A program made the position numbers and the translations under genes. Below, piece by piece: positions 31,597-42,486 of a DNA stretch of 64,000 bases. The DNA is from Spirochaetota bacterium (GTDB lineage: Bacteria; Spirochaetota; UBA4802; UBA5550): positions 3,296,001 to 3,360,000 of the forward strand of contig CAXXHB010000003.1 of assembly GCA_963664815.2 (NCBI GenBank), given 5' to 3'. How positions within the stretch are numbered: position 1 is the stretch's first letter; the number at the start of each line of letters is the position of its first letter. The notes beneath the pieces were generated by a model. That model ran no database searches, was not told the origin of the DNA, and saw only the letters and a list, made by a program, of their open reading frames with translations.

Positions 31597-32772
31597 ATGA
31601 AAAAGAAAAATATTGAAACAATTCATGAAAAAAACCGGATCATAAATAATATTTTTGATTCTATTGAATCCTGCAATAATTTTCTGATCCTGGGGCACAA
31701 GAATCCCGATGAAGACTGCATTTCCAGCATGGTCGCCTTCGCCCTTATACTTTCAAAATTCAACAAACCTGCACAGCTTTATCTGGGGGGATCTGTTCAT
31801 GAACATTTTCAGTATCTCCTGAATATATGTAAATATAACTCCATAGAAATTTTCTATTCAGATGACTTTGATACTGATACTATCGATGCAATTGTTGTAT
31901 GTGATACACCAAAGCCTGACATGATAGACGCAAGCCCGGCAATCAGGTCATTGTTTTCCCGGGAAAACATCCATATCATTGAAATCGATCACCATATAGG
32001 GGGTGACGGAGAGTATATCGGTTCAGAAGGTTACGGTTTGGTCACGGAAGCCTCTTCGGCATGCGAGCTGATAGGTTTTATCGGCCTGAAACTCTGCAAC
32101 AGGAGAGACCTGCTTAAAGCATATAATATCTCCGATCCTTTTTCCCGCAACTTCGTCCTTGCCGTTCTGTCAGGAATTATAGGCGATACAAAAATGGGGA
32201 AATACCTTAAATCCAACCGTGAAAGAAAATATTACAGCATATTCAGTACAAAATATAACAACATACTGTTAAAGGAAACTACAAAAGACTCCAATTTTTC
32301 CGATAAAAACCAGGTATATGATGAGCTTGAACGTCTTTCAAAAAATGAGGAAAGATGCTACAACTATATAATAAGTAAAAAAATGTTTTCCGGCTCAATC
32401 GGTTATGTTGTTCTGGATCAGAACAGTATGGAATATCTTTTCAGGGAGTGCGGCAATGATACAGTAATTACAGTAACACGGACAATTGCCGACATACTCG
32501 CAGAAGAAAGCGGCAAGCTGAGTCTCATTGCCTATTATGATAATCCTGAAATATCAGACCTTATCCAGTTTCGCATCAGGCGTGGAAAAAATTTCAAGAA
32601 TTATGACCTCAGGGATATACTTAAGATTTTTGCTATTAAAAATGGCGGAGGGCATGAAGGCGCGATCGGATTTCGTATAACAAAAGGGAATATCAGTAAT
32701 ATTGACAATTATGTATATAATCTTATTCAACGGATTGAAGAAGAAATTGCCGGGATAGATTTTTCAAAATAA
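31597..32772 (+). CDS. DHH/DHHA1 family phosphoesterase (NrnA / cyclic dinucleotide PDE-like)
   Basis: GHKNPDEDC, CDTP, IDHH, GIIGDT, GGGHEGAIG. Confidence 0.88.
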   Translation: MKKKNIETIHEKNRIINNIFDSIESCNNFLILGHKNPDEDCISSMVAFALILSKFNKPAQLYLGGSVHEHFQYLLNICKYNSIEIFYSDDFDTDTIDAIVVCDTPKPDMIDASPAIRSLFSRENIHIIEIDHHIGGDGEYIGSEGYGLVTEASSACELIGFIGLKLCNRRDLLKAYNISDPFSRNFVLAVLSGIIGDTKMGKYLKSNRERKYYSIFSTKYNNILLKETTKDSNFSDKNQVYDELERLSKNEERCYNYIISKKMFSGSIGYVVLDQNSMEYLFRECGNDTVITVTRTIADILAEESGKLSLIAYYDNPEISDLIQFRIRRGKNFKNYDLRDILKIFAIKNGGGHEGAIGFRITKGNISNIDNYVYNLIQRIEEEIAGIDFSK

Positions 32773-32773
32773 C

Positions 32774-33484
32774 CTACTCGCCGTTCTCAACCCTGAAATA
32801 AATTCTCTTCCACATATACTTGCCATCCTTATAGAAAGAAGTTATGTAAAAATCCTGATCCGTAGCCTTTTCAATAACGTTGAGACCAATCCGGTTTGAA
32901 CCGTCAGCCAGCTTCAGGTTGCTGTCATGATCAAGAACAAGTTTTATATGACTATCTGAAATGAGATCATCCTTTTTCAGAACAGATTCATCAATTGAAT
33001 CGTAATTGTCAGGATTTTCATAATCTATATCTGAAAGCTTGTCGAGGTATTTATAGTAATCAAAAAAATCACCAAACTCCTCTATTGAGGCAGAAAAAAA
33101 ATCATTGCAGGGATATAATATTACATTGAAATAGCCGGCTGATTTCTTCTGCTCATTTACGTTGTGAACAATCTGTCTCAGCATTGAAAATTGCGTATTT
33201 ATAATAAGTTCATTCATTATAAAACGTATAAATTTCTTCTTTGTCCAGGGAAACTCTTCTGTAATTCTCTGTATCTCCTTATCAAATACCTTAAAATGCC
33301 TCTCCCCCAGGCCAAGAACATAAATATAAGGTTCAAATATGGTTCCGTCAGGGTAATACTTGGCGTTGTTCCTCAACTTGTTCGGCTGACTATTTAGTCT
33401 TTGCCTGTATCTGTAAGGCACAAGTTCATTAAGGTCTTCAGAGTCAGTCTGATCGCTATATTGATCACTATCGTTATTTAACAT
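32774..33484 (-). CDS. Hypothetical protein, probable divergent GHKL/RsbW-like ATPase fold
   Basis: MNELIINT (N box), IEEFGDFFDY (G1-like), RIGLNVIEKATD (G2-like) in the correct order. Confidence 0.5.
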   Translation of the reverse strand: MLNNDSDQYSDQTDSEDLNELVPYRYRQRLNSQPNKLRNNAKYYPDGTIFEPYIYVLGLGERHFKVFDKEIQRITEEFPWTKKKFIRFIMNELIINTQFSMLRQIVHNVNEQKKSAGYFNVILYPCNDFFSASIEEFGDFFDYYKYLDKLSDIDYENPDNYDSIDESVLKKDDLISDSHIKLVLDHDSNLKLADGSNRIGLNVIEKATDQDFYITSFYKDGKYMWKRIYFRVENGE

Positions 33485-33882
33485 ATAAAAAAAACCGCCG
33501 GATATTCATATAAAACTGAAATAATTAATAAACCATTATCCCAGACCCTAATATTCCATCAACAATCTGTCAATGATTTTGCGGATACTTTATTTAACAC
33601 TAAAGTTGATGTATAAAAGGATGAGCCTACCATAGTTGAGAGCGCATTTTATTAAAACCTGATCTGAATTTTTATAATGAAGTCATTTTCAGAGTTCGTG
33701 CAGCATGCAGCTGCAGCTGATATTCATAAAAATACTTCATGAATATAATAGTAATAATTGACTTTTTTGAAGAATTATACCAAATATAAATAAGTCTTTT
33801 TAGCAGCTTGCTTTTGTGATAATATCATTTTCAGTTATAAAAATATTACTGTATAGAAATATCAGTACATTTAAAAAATTTT

Positions 33883-35193
33883 ATGATTAAAAATAATAAT
33901 TTAAAAATAACTATAATTACTTTAGCCATAGATGAAGAGGTTATCTCATGGCTGAATGAAATATGTGACATTGTTTTATACAAACCCGGAATTGAATATA
34001 AAATTAAAAACAGACCTGCTGCATTGATTATTGGATCTGATGCCCGGGATGAACATATTAAAGTGGTAACCGGGATTTATTCCGAATTACCGGTTTTATA
34101 CATCGGGAACCCTGAAAATTCACCTGCAGATATTAACGATATTATTTCACCCCCTTACAACGAAAAAAACCGCTCAGTTTTATACCAGAGATTAAAACTG
34201 CTCAATCAGTTATCAGCAGAAATTGTTTCTTTAAGACACAGGCTCCGCAACAGAGAATTATTCAATTCCATAATCGGGGAGAGCAGGCCCATGATGCAGT
34301 TTTTCTTCTCCATGGACAGGATTATCGATCTTAATGTAAATGTACTGATTATCGGCGAAAGCGGCACGGGAAAAGAGCTTATAGCCAGGGCAATTCATGA
34401 AGGGAGCAGCCACAAAGAAGGCCCTTTTGTAGCAGTGAACTGCGCAGGCATTACCCCGGATTTAGCTGACAGTCTCCTGTTCGGCCATGTCAAGGGTGCC
34501 TTTACAGGAGCAAATATTGAGCACTCAGGCTTCTTTGAACAGGCTGATAATGGTACAATTTTTCTTGATGAAATAGGGGAGCTGCATGTCGATGTACAGG
34601 CGAAGCTGCTGAGGGTAATAGAAGACGGCAAAGTAAGACGTGTCGGCGGCCGGTTCGAAAAGCTGATAAACTTCAGAATAATTTCAGCCACAAACCGTGA
34701 CCTTGAGGAAGAAGTTACAATGAAAAAATTCAGAAATGACCTCTATTTCAGACTTGAACAATTTACTCTCAAGGTACCTCCGCTTAGAGAAAGAGAAGGT
34801 GACATTAGAATACTGGCCTCTCATTTCCTGAGGGAGATCTGCTCATTTTATGAACTGGAAGAGATGACATTTTCTGAAGATGCATTGAAAAACCTTGAAT
34901 CACGCGAATGGCCGGGAAATGTCCGCGAACTCCGCTCCTGCGTTCAGAGACTTGCACTTCAGAACATGGACAGCATAATTGATAATATTGAAAATATTCA
35001 ACTGATAAGCCGGGATAACCGGATATCCGGAAAAAGTAACGATTCTGAAATCATCCCTCTCGAAGTACTTGAAAGGAGGGAGATAGAAAAAGCATTCCAT
35101 CATTTTAATGGCGAGATAGAGCGCGCTGCGCTTGCTCTGGGCACCAGCAGAGCAACATTATACAGAAAACTGAAACTTTATAAACTTATCTGA
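33883..35193 (+). CDS. Sigma54-dependent transcriptional activator (bEBP) with degenerate N-terminal input domain
   Basis: GESGTGKE, FGHVKGAFTGA, FLDEIGEL, RNDLYFRL, WPGNVREL, C-terminal Fis HTH ALGTSRATLYRKL. Confidence 0.93.
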   Translation: MIKNNNLKITIITLAIDEEVISWLNEICDIVLYKPGIEYKIKNRPAALIIGSDARDEHIKVVTGIYSELPVLYIGNPENSPADINDIISPPYNEKNRSVLYQRLKLLNQLSAEIVSLRHRLRNRELFNSIIGESRPMMQFFFSMDRIIDLNVNVLIIGESGTGKELIARAIHEGSSHKEGPFVAVNCAGITPDLADSLLFGHVKGAFTGANIEHSGFFEQADNGTIFLDEIGELHVDVQAKLLRVIEDGKVRRVGGRFEKLINFRIISATNRDLEEEVTMKKFRNDLYFRLEQFTLKVPPLREREGDIRILASHFLREICSFYELEEMTFSEDALKNLESREWPGNVRELRSCVQRLALQNMDSIIDNIENIQLISRDNRISGKSNDSEIIPLEVLERREIEKAFHHFNGEIERAALALGTSRATLYRKLKLYKLI

Positions 35194-35201
35194 GTACAAA
35201 T

Positions 35202-35249
35202 CTGTCTCAAAATGAGATTTATTTCAAACTGAATCTTATTTTGAGACAG
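35202..35249. promoter_or_regulatory. Paired palindromic enhancer sites (UAS) for the adjacent bEBP
   Basis: TCTCA-AAA-TGAGA (35205-35217) and TCTTA-TTT-TGAGA (35234-35246); together an 18-bp inverted repeat with one mismatch. Confidence 0.6.
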
Positions 35250-35337
35250 GCACCTCCCTTAATTGTTAAATTATCCTTTAATTCTGCGCTTTTACCTTCA
35301 TTTCAGCTGTTTTGAAACCTTTTTTAAATACAATAAC

Positions 35338-35352
35338 TGGCATGGAACCTGC
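35338..35352 (+). promoter_or_regulatory. Sigma54 -24/-12 promoter
   Basis: TGGCATGGAACCTGC = GG-N10-GC, about 50 bp upstream of ATG 35405. Confidence 0.7.
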
Positions 35353-35404
35353 GTTATAAGTGTGTATAGCAGTAAAAAACTTAAAATTAAAATGGAGAGA
35401 CAAA

Positions 35405-36136
35405 ATGAAATCAAGAATATTATATTTAGCAGCAGGCGCAGTCATAATGTTGGTTATTCCTGTTTTTTCAGCAAGTCTGGATGATCTTCAGATCAGAAAA
35501 CTTACAGAGGACAGGATTAAGCTTTTCCCGGTTCCTTCGGATAATATCAACTATATTTTTCTGCAATCCATTGAGAATGATACGGCAATAGCTATAGGTG
35601 ATTTTTCCGGCCTGGAGAAAAAAATAATACTGATAATTGATAAGAACAGCGACAACATCATAGATTCAGTAATTGAATACTACCCCCTGACAGGTGATCT
35701 GAAAAAGAAAACTGATTCGCAATCAAAGTTTTTCACAAAAGATATTGCGAAACTGAAAAAAGATATTATTGAAGGATCTGTCTATAAAGGGAACTATACG
35801 GATAGTATGAAATCACTAAGGACACTGGAGAGCATATTAAACAGTCCTGATACAAATTCGTTATATGCGGAGGTGTATGGATTTAATATCAAGTTTTTTG
35901 AATCTGATGAAAGGCAGAAGAATTCGGCTCTGTTTTCATACGGGAAAAATGCAGGTGGATATTATCTTCAGTTTAAAACAGAGTATTACAGAAAAGACTT
36001 CAGCACTGTACAGAAACCTGTTTTTAAATATTCCGTATACTGCAGAGAATCGAACGATCCTGTTGTAAAGGAAACCGTTGAAAACCTTTTCAAAGTGAAA
36101 CAGCCTGGCGTTAATACGGCAAAAGCAGGGAAATAG
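35405..36136 (+). CDS. Exported hypothetical protein
   Basis: Signal peptide MKSRILYLAAGAVIMLVIPVFSA; GGAGA RBS before ATG 35405; DKNSDNIID possible Ca-binding loop. Confidence 0.75.
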   Translation: MKSRILYLAAGAVIMLVIPVFSASLDDLQIRKLTEDRIKLFPVPSDNINYIFLQSIENDTAIAIGDFSGLEKKIILIIDKNSDNIIDSVIEYYPLTGDLKKKTDSQSKFFTKDIAKLKKDIIEGSVYKGNYTDSMKSLRTLESILNSPDTNSLYAEVYGFNIKFFESDERQKNSALFSYGKNAGGYYLQFKTEYYRKDFSTVQKPVFKYSVYCRESNDPVVKETVENLFKVKQPGVNTAKAGK

Positions 36137-36201
36137 CCGGACATGAGAGTCTGTTATAATTTTTTAATTCAAGAGAAAATAGTTATAACAGGCTTTTCTA
36201 T

Positions 36202-37116
36202 TTAAATCCAGTCATTTATTGATAAACCCAAACCTATACTGTTTTCAAGGTATGTATACTCCAGCATGCTTTGCCCGTACCCGTGAAAATATGTAAAATA
36301 TAATCTTAACCTGTCAATGACAGGATAGCTCCATCCAAGCCTGACAGATGGACGTTTAAAATAACTTTCAATAAAATTATATGATTCCAGAGAAAACACA
36401 TTTTCTTTTATTTTATAAGCTATAATAATATTACCATATCCGAGGTATTCAGCTATATCCGGATTAGTTCTTTCTTTTTTAGCATTTAGCTGGTACCAAA
36501 AATTCAGGGTAGTCATCCAGCTGCTGCCTGAAAAAATAAATCTGGTATAAACCCGGTTCCATGAACGTTCTGTCTGTCCACCCCGCCCATTGGACTGGTG
36601 TACAGCTCCTAATGATGAGTAAAAATTTGAGCTGAATTTACGCTCCAGAAATATTTCCGGCTGATAATTTGTTTCCCTGAAATAAGGGTCGTTAGTGTAA
36701 TACTGCCAGAATGAAAGCTGTGTATATGCAATCTTCAGATTAGTTTCTGAATCAAAAATATCCATGAAAACCGGAATACTGAAACTTATCTGAAACTTAA
36801 CTTCAGAGGAATTTAATGGTCTTTTACTGTTTTCAGGTATTAACTTATTCTGCGAATAATAATCACTGTACGGTTTGAATGTATAATGGAAAGGCATCAG
36901 GTAATTCGGGTAATATAAAGCAACCCCGAACAGGTTCTGATCCGTCTGCTGCTGAAATTGAGAACGGGTGTCATAAGCTGACTGATTCTCTTTTTTATCA
37001 GGTATATTCACATCCTCAGAATATATATCTGCTTTAAAAAATAAAGATATTGATAATACAAACATCAAACATAGGAACCACATCTCCGGTTCTTTTTTCA
37101 AAGTATTATTTCTCAT
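36202..37116 (-). CDS. pldA: Outer membrane phospholipase A (OMPLA)
   Basis: EVKFQISF, AYTQLSFWQ, FRETNYQPE, HQSNGRGG (catalytic), RSWNR, GYGQSMLEY. Confidence 0.9.
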   Translation of the reverse strand: MRNNTLKKEPEMWFLCLMFVLSISLFFKADIYSEDVNIPDKKENQSAYDTRSQFQQQTDQNLFGVALYYPNYLMPFHYTFKPYSDYYSQNKLIPENSKRPLNSSEVKFQISFSIPVFMDIFDSETNLKIAYTQLSFWQYYTNDPYFRETNYQPEIFLERKFSSNFYSSLGAVHQSNGRGGQTERSWNRVYTRFIFSGSSWMTTLNFWYQLNAKKERTNPDIAEYLGYGNIIIAYKIKENVFSLESYNFIESYFKRPSVRLGWSYPVIDRLRLYFTYFHGYGQSMLEYTYLENSIGLGLSINDWI

Positions 37117-37338
37117 CTATACCCTCAGAAATTTTTTAACATAAAAAACTCTATTCACTCCAAAACCTCTGGCAGAAGAGATATATAAAGAGATATATAA
37201 TAGTTATTTTTTATCCTGAAAACTACGTTAAGGAATTATTACCGATTTTTTATCAATTAAAACTACATAAAAATATTTATAAAAATCAGCCGACATTCAT
37301 AAGATATAAAAGAATTTTGCCATCAGCAAATATTTTTT

Positions 37339-38358
37339 TCAATAAGACACTGAAAGTCCTGCGGATATTAAGCTTTTATCAGAATACTGTGTTGAGGACC
37401 TTCCTGTAACAGTATTTTTTGTCTTTGAAGGGAAATTACTGTATGTATAATCAGCAAATAATTTATAGTAATCAAAAAATTTAAACCGAACTCCAGTATT
37501 AAACCCATACAAGGCATTCTGTTTATCATCAAGCCCAACATTGAATCCCAGTGAGACTTTAAATACTTTTAAAGGTTTATAATCAACACTGCCGCCGATT
37601 GTCGTGTCACCGGCATTTTTGCTCTTTTTTTTATTTATGTAAGTATAATTTTTCCTGTTTAAAGAGAGGCCCAGTTCAATTTCCCTGTTCAGTGAATAAT
37701 CTGATCCAAAATTCAACCCGTAACTCCGGTTTTCTACAGAAGATTTTATTAAATATTTTTCTGTGTTATAATCTATTCCGCCGGTAAATGATAATGGATC
37801 CAGATCACAGGTAATATCTGCAGATGCATCGTTTGATTTATAAGAACTCCCTCCAAAGAGATAATTATATTCAACATCTATATCGAGATTATCTTCAGGA
37901 TGAAGAGTCAGAATTAAACCCTGTGAATAAATTGAATTATTAGTCGTGTTATTTGAATTATCCTTAAGCTGATAATCCCGTATATAAGTATACTCAGGAT
38001 CTGCTTCAATAAAACCAAAATCGAGGTTCAGATCCGTATTCAGTTTCTTATAAGTTGAACCTTCTGAACCGGAGGATCTGTCTATTTCAACACCGGCAGT
38101 AAATGTCCAGATTTTATCCTCTTCATCGATATTGCTGCCCTGAATGTCTCTATTGTTGCCATCTGCCGGTAGTGGAGTAAGAATAACTGCAATTAACAAA
38201 AAAAGATAAAATAATTTTATCATCATCCACCAGTATTCATACTGCTTTTTATTGATCTCCTGCTGATTCATTACAACATTCTCTTTCTCTTTATTACTTT
38301 TTCTTGATGATCTATTACTATAACTCTTTCTTTGCATTATCATAACAGGGTTTACCAA
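37339..38358 (-). CDS. Putative outer-membrane beta-barrel protein
   Basis: Alternating aromatic/polar beta strands, C-terminal ISAGLSVSY. The signal peptide begins at MMIKLFYL (true start probably 38226). Confidence 0.6.
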   Translation of the reverse strand: MVNPVMIMQRKSYSNRSSRKSNKEKENVVMNQQEINKKQYEYWWMMIKLFYLFLLIAVILTPLPADGNNRDIQGSNIDEEDKIWTFTAGVEIDRSSGSEGSTYKKLNTDLNLDFGFIEADPEYTYIRDYQLKDNSNNTTNNSIYSQGLILTLHPEDNLDIDVEYNYLFGGSSYKSNDASADITCDLDPLSFTGGIDYNTEKYLIKSSVENRSYGLNFGSDYSLNREIELGLSLNRKNYTYINKKKSKNAGDTTIGGSVDYKPLKVFKVSLGFNVGLDDKQNALYGFNTGVRFKFFDYYKLFADYTYSNFPSKTKNTVTGRSSTQYSDKSLISAGLSVSY

Positions 38359-38686
38359 TGATTGAACCTGCTTTTTGATATATCCTGAGTATAATTAATA
38401 TCGCCGGGAAGCAGAGTCATTAACTTGAATTAAATATTTTATACTATTTCTAAATATATATGAATGCAGATTGTAATTCAATAAATTTATGGATGTCTCA
38501 CTTCAAATCGATTTGGATTATTCAGGGATTAAAGCAGACATGAGAACAGGACTTCGAAGCATTAAGTGATTGCTTTTTTAATTATTATTTAGTAAAATAA
38601 TAATATATGGGGCTGTAAGATTTTTATATTCACTGTTGTTTTTTATATTTTTAATATTATATATTTTCGCACCGGAGTAATTATAT

Positions 38687-39886
38687 TTGAAAAAGTCAGT
38701 CATTATAGCAGCTGTTTGCCTTTTTATATCATTTATCTTTGCCGGTAATTTTGTTCACGCAAAACCTCCCTTACCGCCGTCTGACAGTACTGATATTGTT
38801 GATGTTCAGAAGAATGAGGCTGCCGGCACACAGGACAAATCGGTCGAGGCCTTTCCAGATGGAGAAACCCTTACCCTTTTGTTTATAGGCGATATCATGG
38901 GGCACATAAGTCAGATACGCTCAGCCATGCAACCCGACGGTGCAACGTACGATTACGCCTCATGTTTTGATTATATCAGGGATGATATCTCGGCTGCGGA
39001 TCTGGCCATCGCCAATCTGGAAGTGACTCTGGCCGGCCCGCCATACACAGGTTATCCTGTATTCAGTTCACCTGATGCACTTGCCTCTGCATGCAAAGAT
39101 GCAGGTATAGATGTGCTGGTTACTGCCAACAACCATTGTGTCGACAGAGGGAAAAAAGGTCTTGAGCGAACCATTGAAATCCTGGACAGCTTAGATATTC
39201 CCCATACCGGTACATTTTTATCCTCTGCCGACAAAAAAAATAAAACACCGCTCATTATCGAAAAGAACAACTTCAAAATTGCCCTGGTCAGCTACACATC
39301 TGAAACCAACGATATTCCTGTACCCAGATCATCTTTTGTTAACATCATCAAAGTCAAAAGGCTTAAGGCCGATATTGCCAGAGCTAAACAAGCAAAACCT
39401 GATGCTGTAATTCTGTTTTTTCATTGGGGCGTAGAAATGCAGAACAAACCTGACGCCGGTCAGACGGCATTAGCCGATTTATGCTTTAATGCCGGCGCAG
39501 ACATCATTATCGGCTCTCACCCTCACGTAGTCCAGAAAAGCATCTGGGTAAACAAACACGGCAGCAGGCGGTTTGTGGCTTATTCGCTTGGAAACTTTAT
39601 TTCAAATCAAACGACACCGAAAACTGACGGAGGCCAGATGATTCAACTTACACTGTCAAAAAAAAACGGGATTACAACGGTTTCGAAAGCGAACTATATG
39701 CTCACCTGGGTTTATAGCCCTGATGTTGACTTTAAAAAACAGTTTTATATTCTTCCGTGCAGAGATTTTGAAAACCGTCCGGAGTTTTTTATAGCCCGCG
39801 AGTATTATGACCGGATGAAAAATTTTATCAGCGAATCAAGAAAACTGCTGGATGAGCAGAATGAAAATGTTGAAGAGATAAAATAA
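38687..39886 (+). CDS. CapA/PgsA family metallophosphatase-like protein
   Basis: FIGDIMGH, IANLEV, TANNHCVDRG, FHWGVE, IIGSHPHVVQ, YSLGNFISNQ; signal peptide; TTG start. Confidence 0.9.
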   Translation: MKKSVIIAAVCLFISFIFAGNFVHAKPPLPPSDSTDIVDVQKNEAAGTQDKSVEAFPDGETLTLLFIGDIMGHISQIRSAMQPDGATYDYASCFDYIRDDISAADLAIANLEVTLAGPPYTGYPVFSSPDALASACKDAGIDVLVTANNHCVDRGKKGLERTIEILDSLDIPHTGTFLSSADKKNKTPLIIEKNNFKIALVSYTSETNDIPVPRSSFVNIIKVKRLKADIARAKQAKPDAVILFFHWGVEMQNKPDAGQTALADLCFNAGADIIIGSHPHVVQKSIWVNKHGSRRFVAYSLGNFISNQTTPKTDGGQMIQLTLSKKNGITTVSKANYMLTWVYSPDVDFKKQFYILPCRDFENRPEFFIAREYYDRMKNFISESRKLLDEQNENVEEIK

Positions 39887-39893
39887 TCCGCTA

Positions 39894-41105
39894 TTAATCA
39901 AACTTTATTTTCGGGAAAAGAGAGATCAGTTCCGGCCTGTATTCAAAATGCATTGTGTCATATCTGTCCCAGTGACCGCCCCAGATAAATCCCTCTTCAC
40001 GAAAAATCTTCACTACCGGATCCGGCGGCGTCCAGAGACTGTTTTGAGGAATGAGCATCCAGTCCCTGTTTTTCTCCTGTTCCCATGACCAGTAGATTGT
40101 TTTTTTATGATACTTTTTAGGAAGTATATCAATAGCTATTCCGTAGGAGTGATTGCTCATGCGCTCGGCTCCTGCAATTGTTCGCCAGCTGAAAGCCTCT
40201 ACGCTCCCTATGTTTTTTAAAAAACTTCGGACTTCGGAGTCAGTCTTTGCAAGCTGTTTTATCTTTGAATCTATTAATCTTATTTTCTCTGTGAGTTTAT
40301 GATTTACGGTTATGTAATGTCCCGACAGTTTTACTTCATCAAGCTGTTTCTTTGCACTCTTTTTTGTTGTAATTGCAAACAGTTCCCTGTAAAACCCACC
40401 CTCTACACCCGGGACAATTTTTCTCTTTTTGACAGGGTGTTTTTTTACACGCAGCTTTTCAATCTTTTCTTCGGTATATGATTCAGGGGATCGTCCATTC
40501 ATATTATACGGACTTATCGAATAAGTGATATATTTATCAGACTTCGTCAACTCCGATTCAGGAAGTATTTTACCACCCGCCCAGTAATAAATATGTCCGT
40601 TTGCAAATTTTACAATCCAGTCGCTCTCCCCCCTGTACACATCAGTTATCAGATCAGGGTATGCCTCTTTATATGCATTTAGTATAGTTTCAGGATAATC
40701 AAATATATCTTCAGCCTTTATGTGAGGCTCCACTTTTTTATCCGGAGTACTGTCTTCATTTTTAATTCCGGGATCGTTCTTGTCTGTATTTTCCGGAGTA
40801 ATTCCCATTGGACTTTTGGATGCGTCACTCTTTTTATCCGTGGCACTCTTTTCAACTTCAGCCCCCGCAGTATCCTGATCTTTGATAACAGGTTTAACTT
40901 CAATCGAAGTTGTGAGTGCATCATTCTTTTCATCTGTGGGATTTTTTTTCTCTGCAACAGGAGTTTTTTCATCAGTAACTGCAATTTTATCTGTTTTTGT
41001 TTTGGCGCTGAGTCTGTCACGATTGTTTAAACCTGCGGTAATTATAATAATAAGAATAAAGGCCGCTATCCTGAGGATAAATATTTTATCTTTTCTATTA
41101 CTCAT
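39894..41105 (-). CDS. M15 family peptidoglycan metallopeptidase
   Basis: WRTIAG, SNHSYGIAIDI (SxHxxGxAxD), WGGHW, DTMHFEYRPE; N-terminal anchor and low-complexity linker. Confidence 0.88.
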   Translation of the reverse strand: MSNRKDKIFILRIAAFILIIIITAGLNNRDRLSAKTKTDKIAVTDEKTPVAEKKNPTDEKNDALTTSIEVKPVIKDQDTAGAEVEKSATDKKSDASKSPMGITPENTDKNDPGIKNEDSTPDKKVEPHIKAEDIFDYPETILNAYKEAYPDLITDVYRGESDWIVKFANGHIYYWAGGKILPESELTKSDKYITYSISPYNMNGRSPESYTEEKIEKLRVKKHPVKKRKIVPGVEGGFYRELFAITTKKSAKKQLDEVKLSGHYITVNHKLTEKIRLIDSKIKQLAKTDSEVRSFLKNIGSVEAFSWRTIAGAERMSNHSYGIAIDILPKKYHKKTIYWSWEQEKNRDWMLIPQNSLWTPPDPVVKIFREEGFIWGGHWDRYDTMHFEYRPELISLFPKIKFD

Positions 41106-41720
41106 AAATTGTTCTGTAAGTTCCCCTGAAAATTCAAATCTTCATTGCCATAAAGAAATATGAAACTGTAAATAATCACTCCGGCGATTCCGGCAGGACA
41201 TCATCTGCACAATGAGTGTGTATCCCTATGGAATATCCGGTATCAACTTCTGCACTTCTTATCATCGTACTGTCTTTTGTCAGCAGATTTTTTAAAGAAA
41301 AAAATATTACTGATACTTATAATTCGAGATTAATTTCAAAAGGATCAATTATATTTTTAAATCCTGATTATTTTTTTAAATACCGGATTTCCCTATAATT
41401 AATATTCAGCATAATGGCTTATGGAGAATGTTGACCGATCAAAGCTTTTTAATACAATTTTGAACTTTTCATTCACAGTAAATGTTCGTCAAGCCTTCCC
41501 GCTCATCTTAATCACCCGCAAATTCCGGACATTGGAAAGACAAAGCTGAATTAGCAAATAAGGCCTCTGAATTTCTGACAATCATCATGTAAATATTTCT
41601 GCAGATTCACACTCTAACGCCTGCAGCAAATATTAACTCAATGTTAAATATTGTCCTGTGCGGGATTTTCTGTTTGCCTCATCATCATACGTATGTATGC
41701 ATACCACCATGGGGTGATGT

Positions 41721-42419
41721 ATGAAAAGAATTCATGTTTTCCAGCATGTACCATTTGAAACTCCGGGCTGTATCATCAACTGGGCCAATGATATGGGGTA
41801 TCCTATCACATATACCCGCTTTTATAACAAAGAACCTCTCCCCGGGATGGATGATATAGACTGGCTTGTAGTTATGGGGGGGCCAATGTCTGTCCATGAC
41901 ACTTCAATCTACCAATGGATGGCAGATGAAAAAAAATTTATTGCATCTGCCATAGCTTCATCAAAAAGAGTTCTCGGAATCTGTCTCGGTTCACAACTTA
42001 TAGCGGATGTTCTTGGCGGCAGGGTAACAAAAAATAACGGGAAGGAAATAGGATGGCACAGAATATTCAGGACCGATGAAGTTTCAGAAGGCAGTATTTT
42101 CGATAAAATACCTGACGGAATGCACGTTTTTCACTGGCATGGAGAAACCTTTGATATTCCCCCCGGTTCTGTTCATGGATTGACCTCTGACTGCTGCAGG
42201 AACCAGGCTTTCGTGTTTAAAGACAGAGTGGTAGGCCTTCAGTTTCACACTGAAATTACACCGCATCTTCTTCATAACATGATCGACAACTGCCGGGATG
42301 AACTTATCCCGTCTGAATTTGTTCAGAGTGAAGAGCAGATAATAAACGGCATGAATCACATAAGGGAAAACAACAACATCATGTATTCTATACTCGATGA
42401 ACTGGATACAGTCGTGTAG
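41721..42419 (+). CDS. Type 1 glutamine amidotransferase-like protein
   Basis: QHVPFETPG, VMGGPMSV, LGICLGSQL (catalytic Cys), HWHGETF, LQFHTE. Confidence 0.92.
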   Translation: MKRIHVFQHVPFETPGCIINWANDMGYPITYTRFYNKEPLPGMDDIDWLVVMGGPMSVHDTSIYQWMADEKKFIASAIASSKRVLGICLGSQLIADVLGGRVTKNNGKEIGWHRIFRTDEVSEGSIFDKIPDGMHVFHWHGETFDIPPGSVHGLTSDCCRNQAFVFKDRVVGLQFHTEITPHLLHNMIDNCRDELIPSEFVQSEEQIINGMNHIRENNNIMYSILDELDTVV

Positions 42420-42486
42420 AATAATATTTTACTCCACCTCTTCAGCAAAGAGCAGCTCCCGCTGACAGAAGATTTATAAACCTGCA

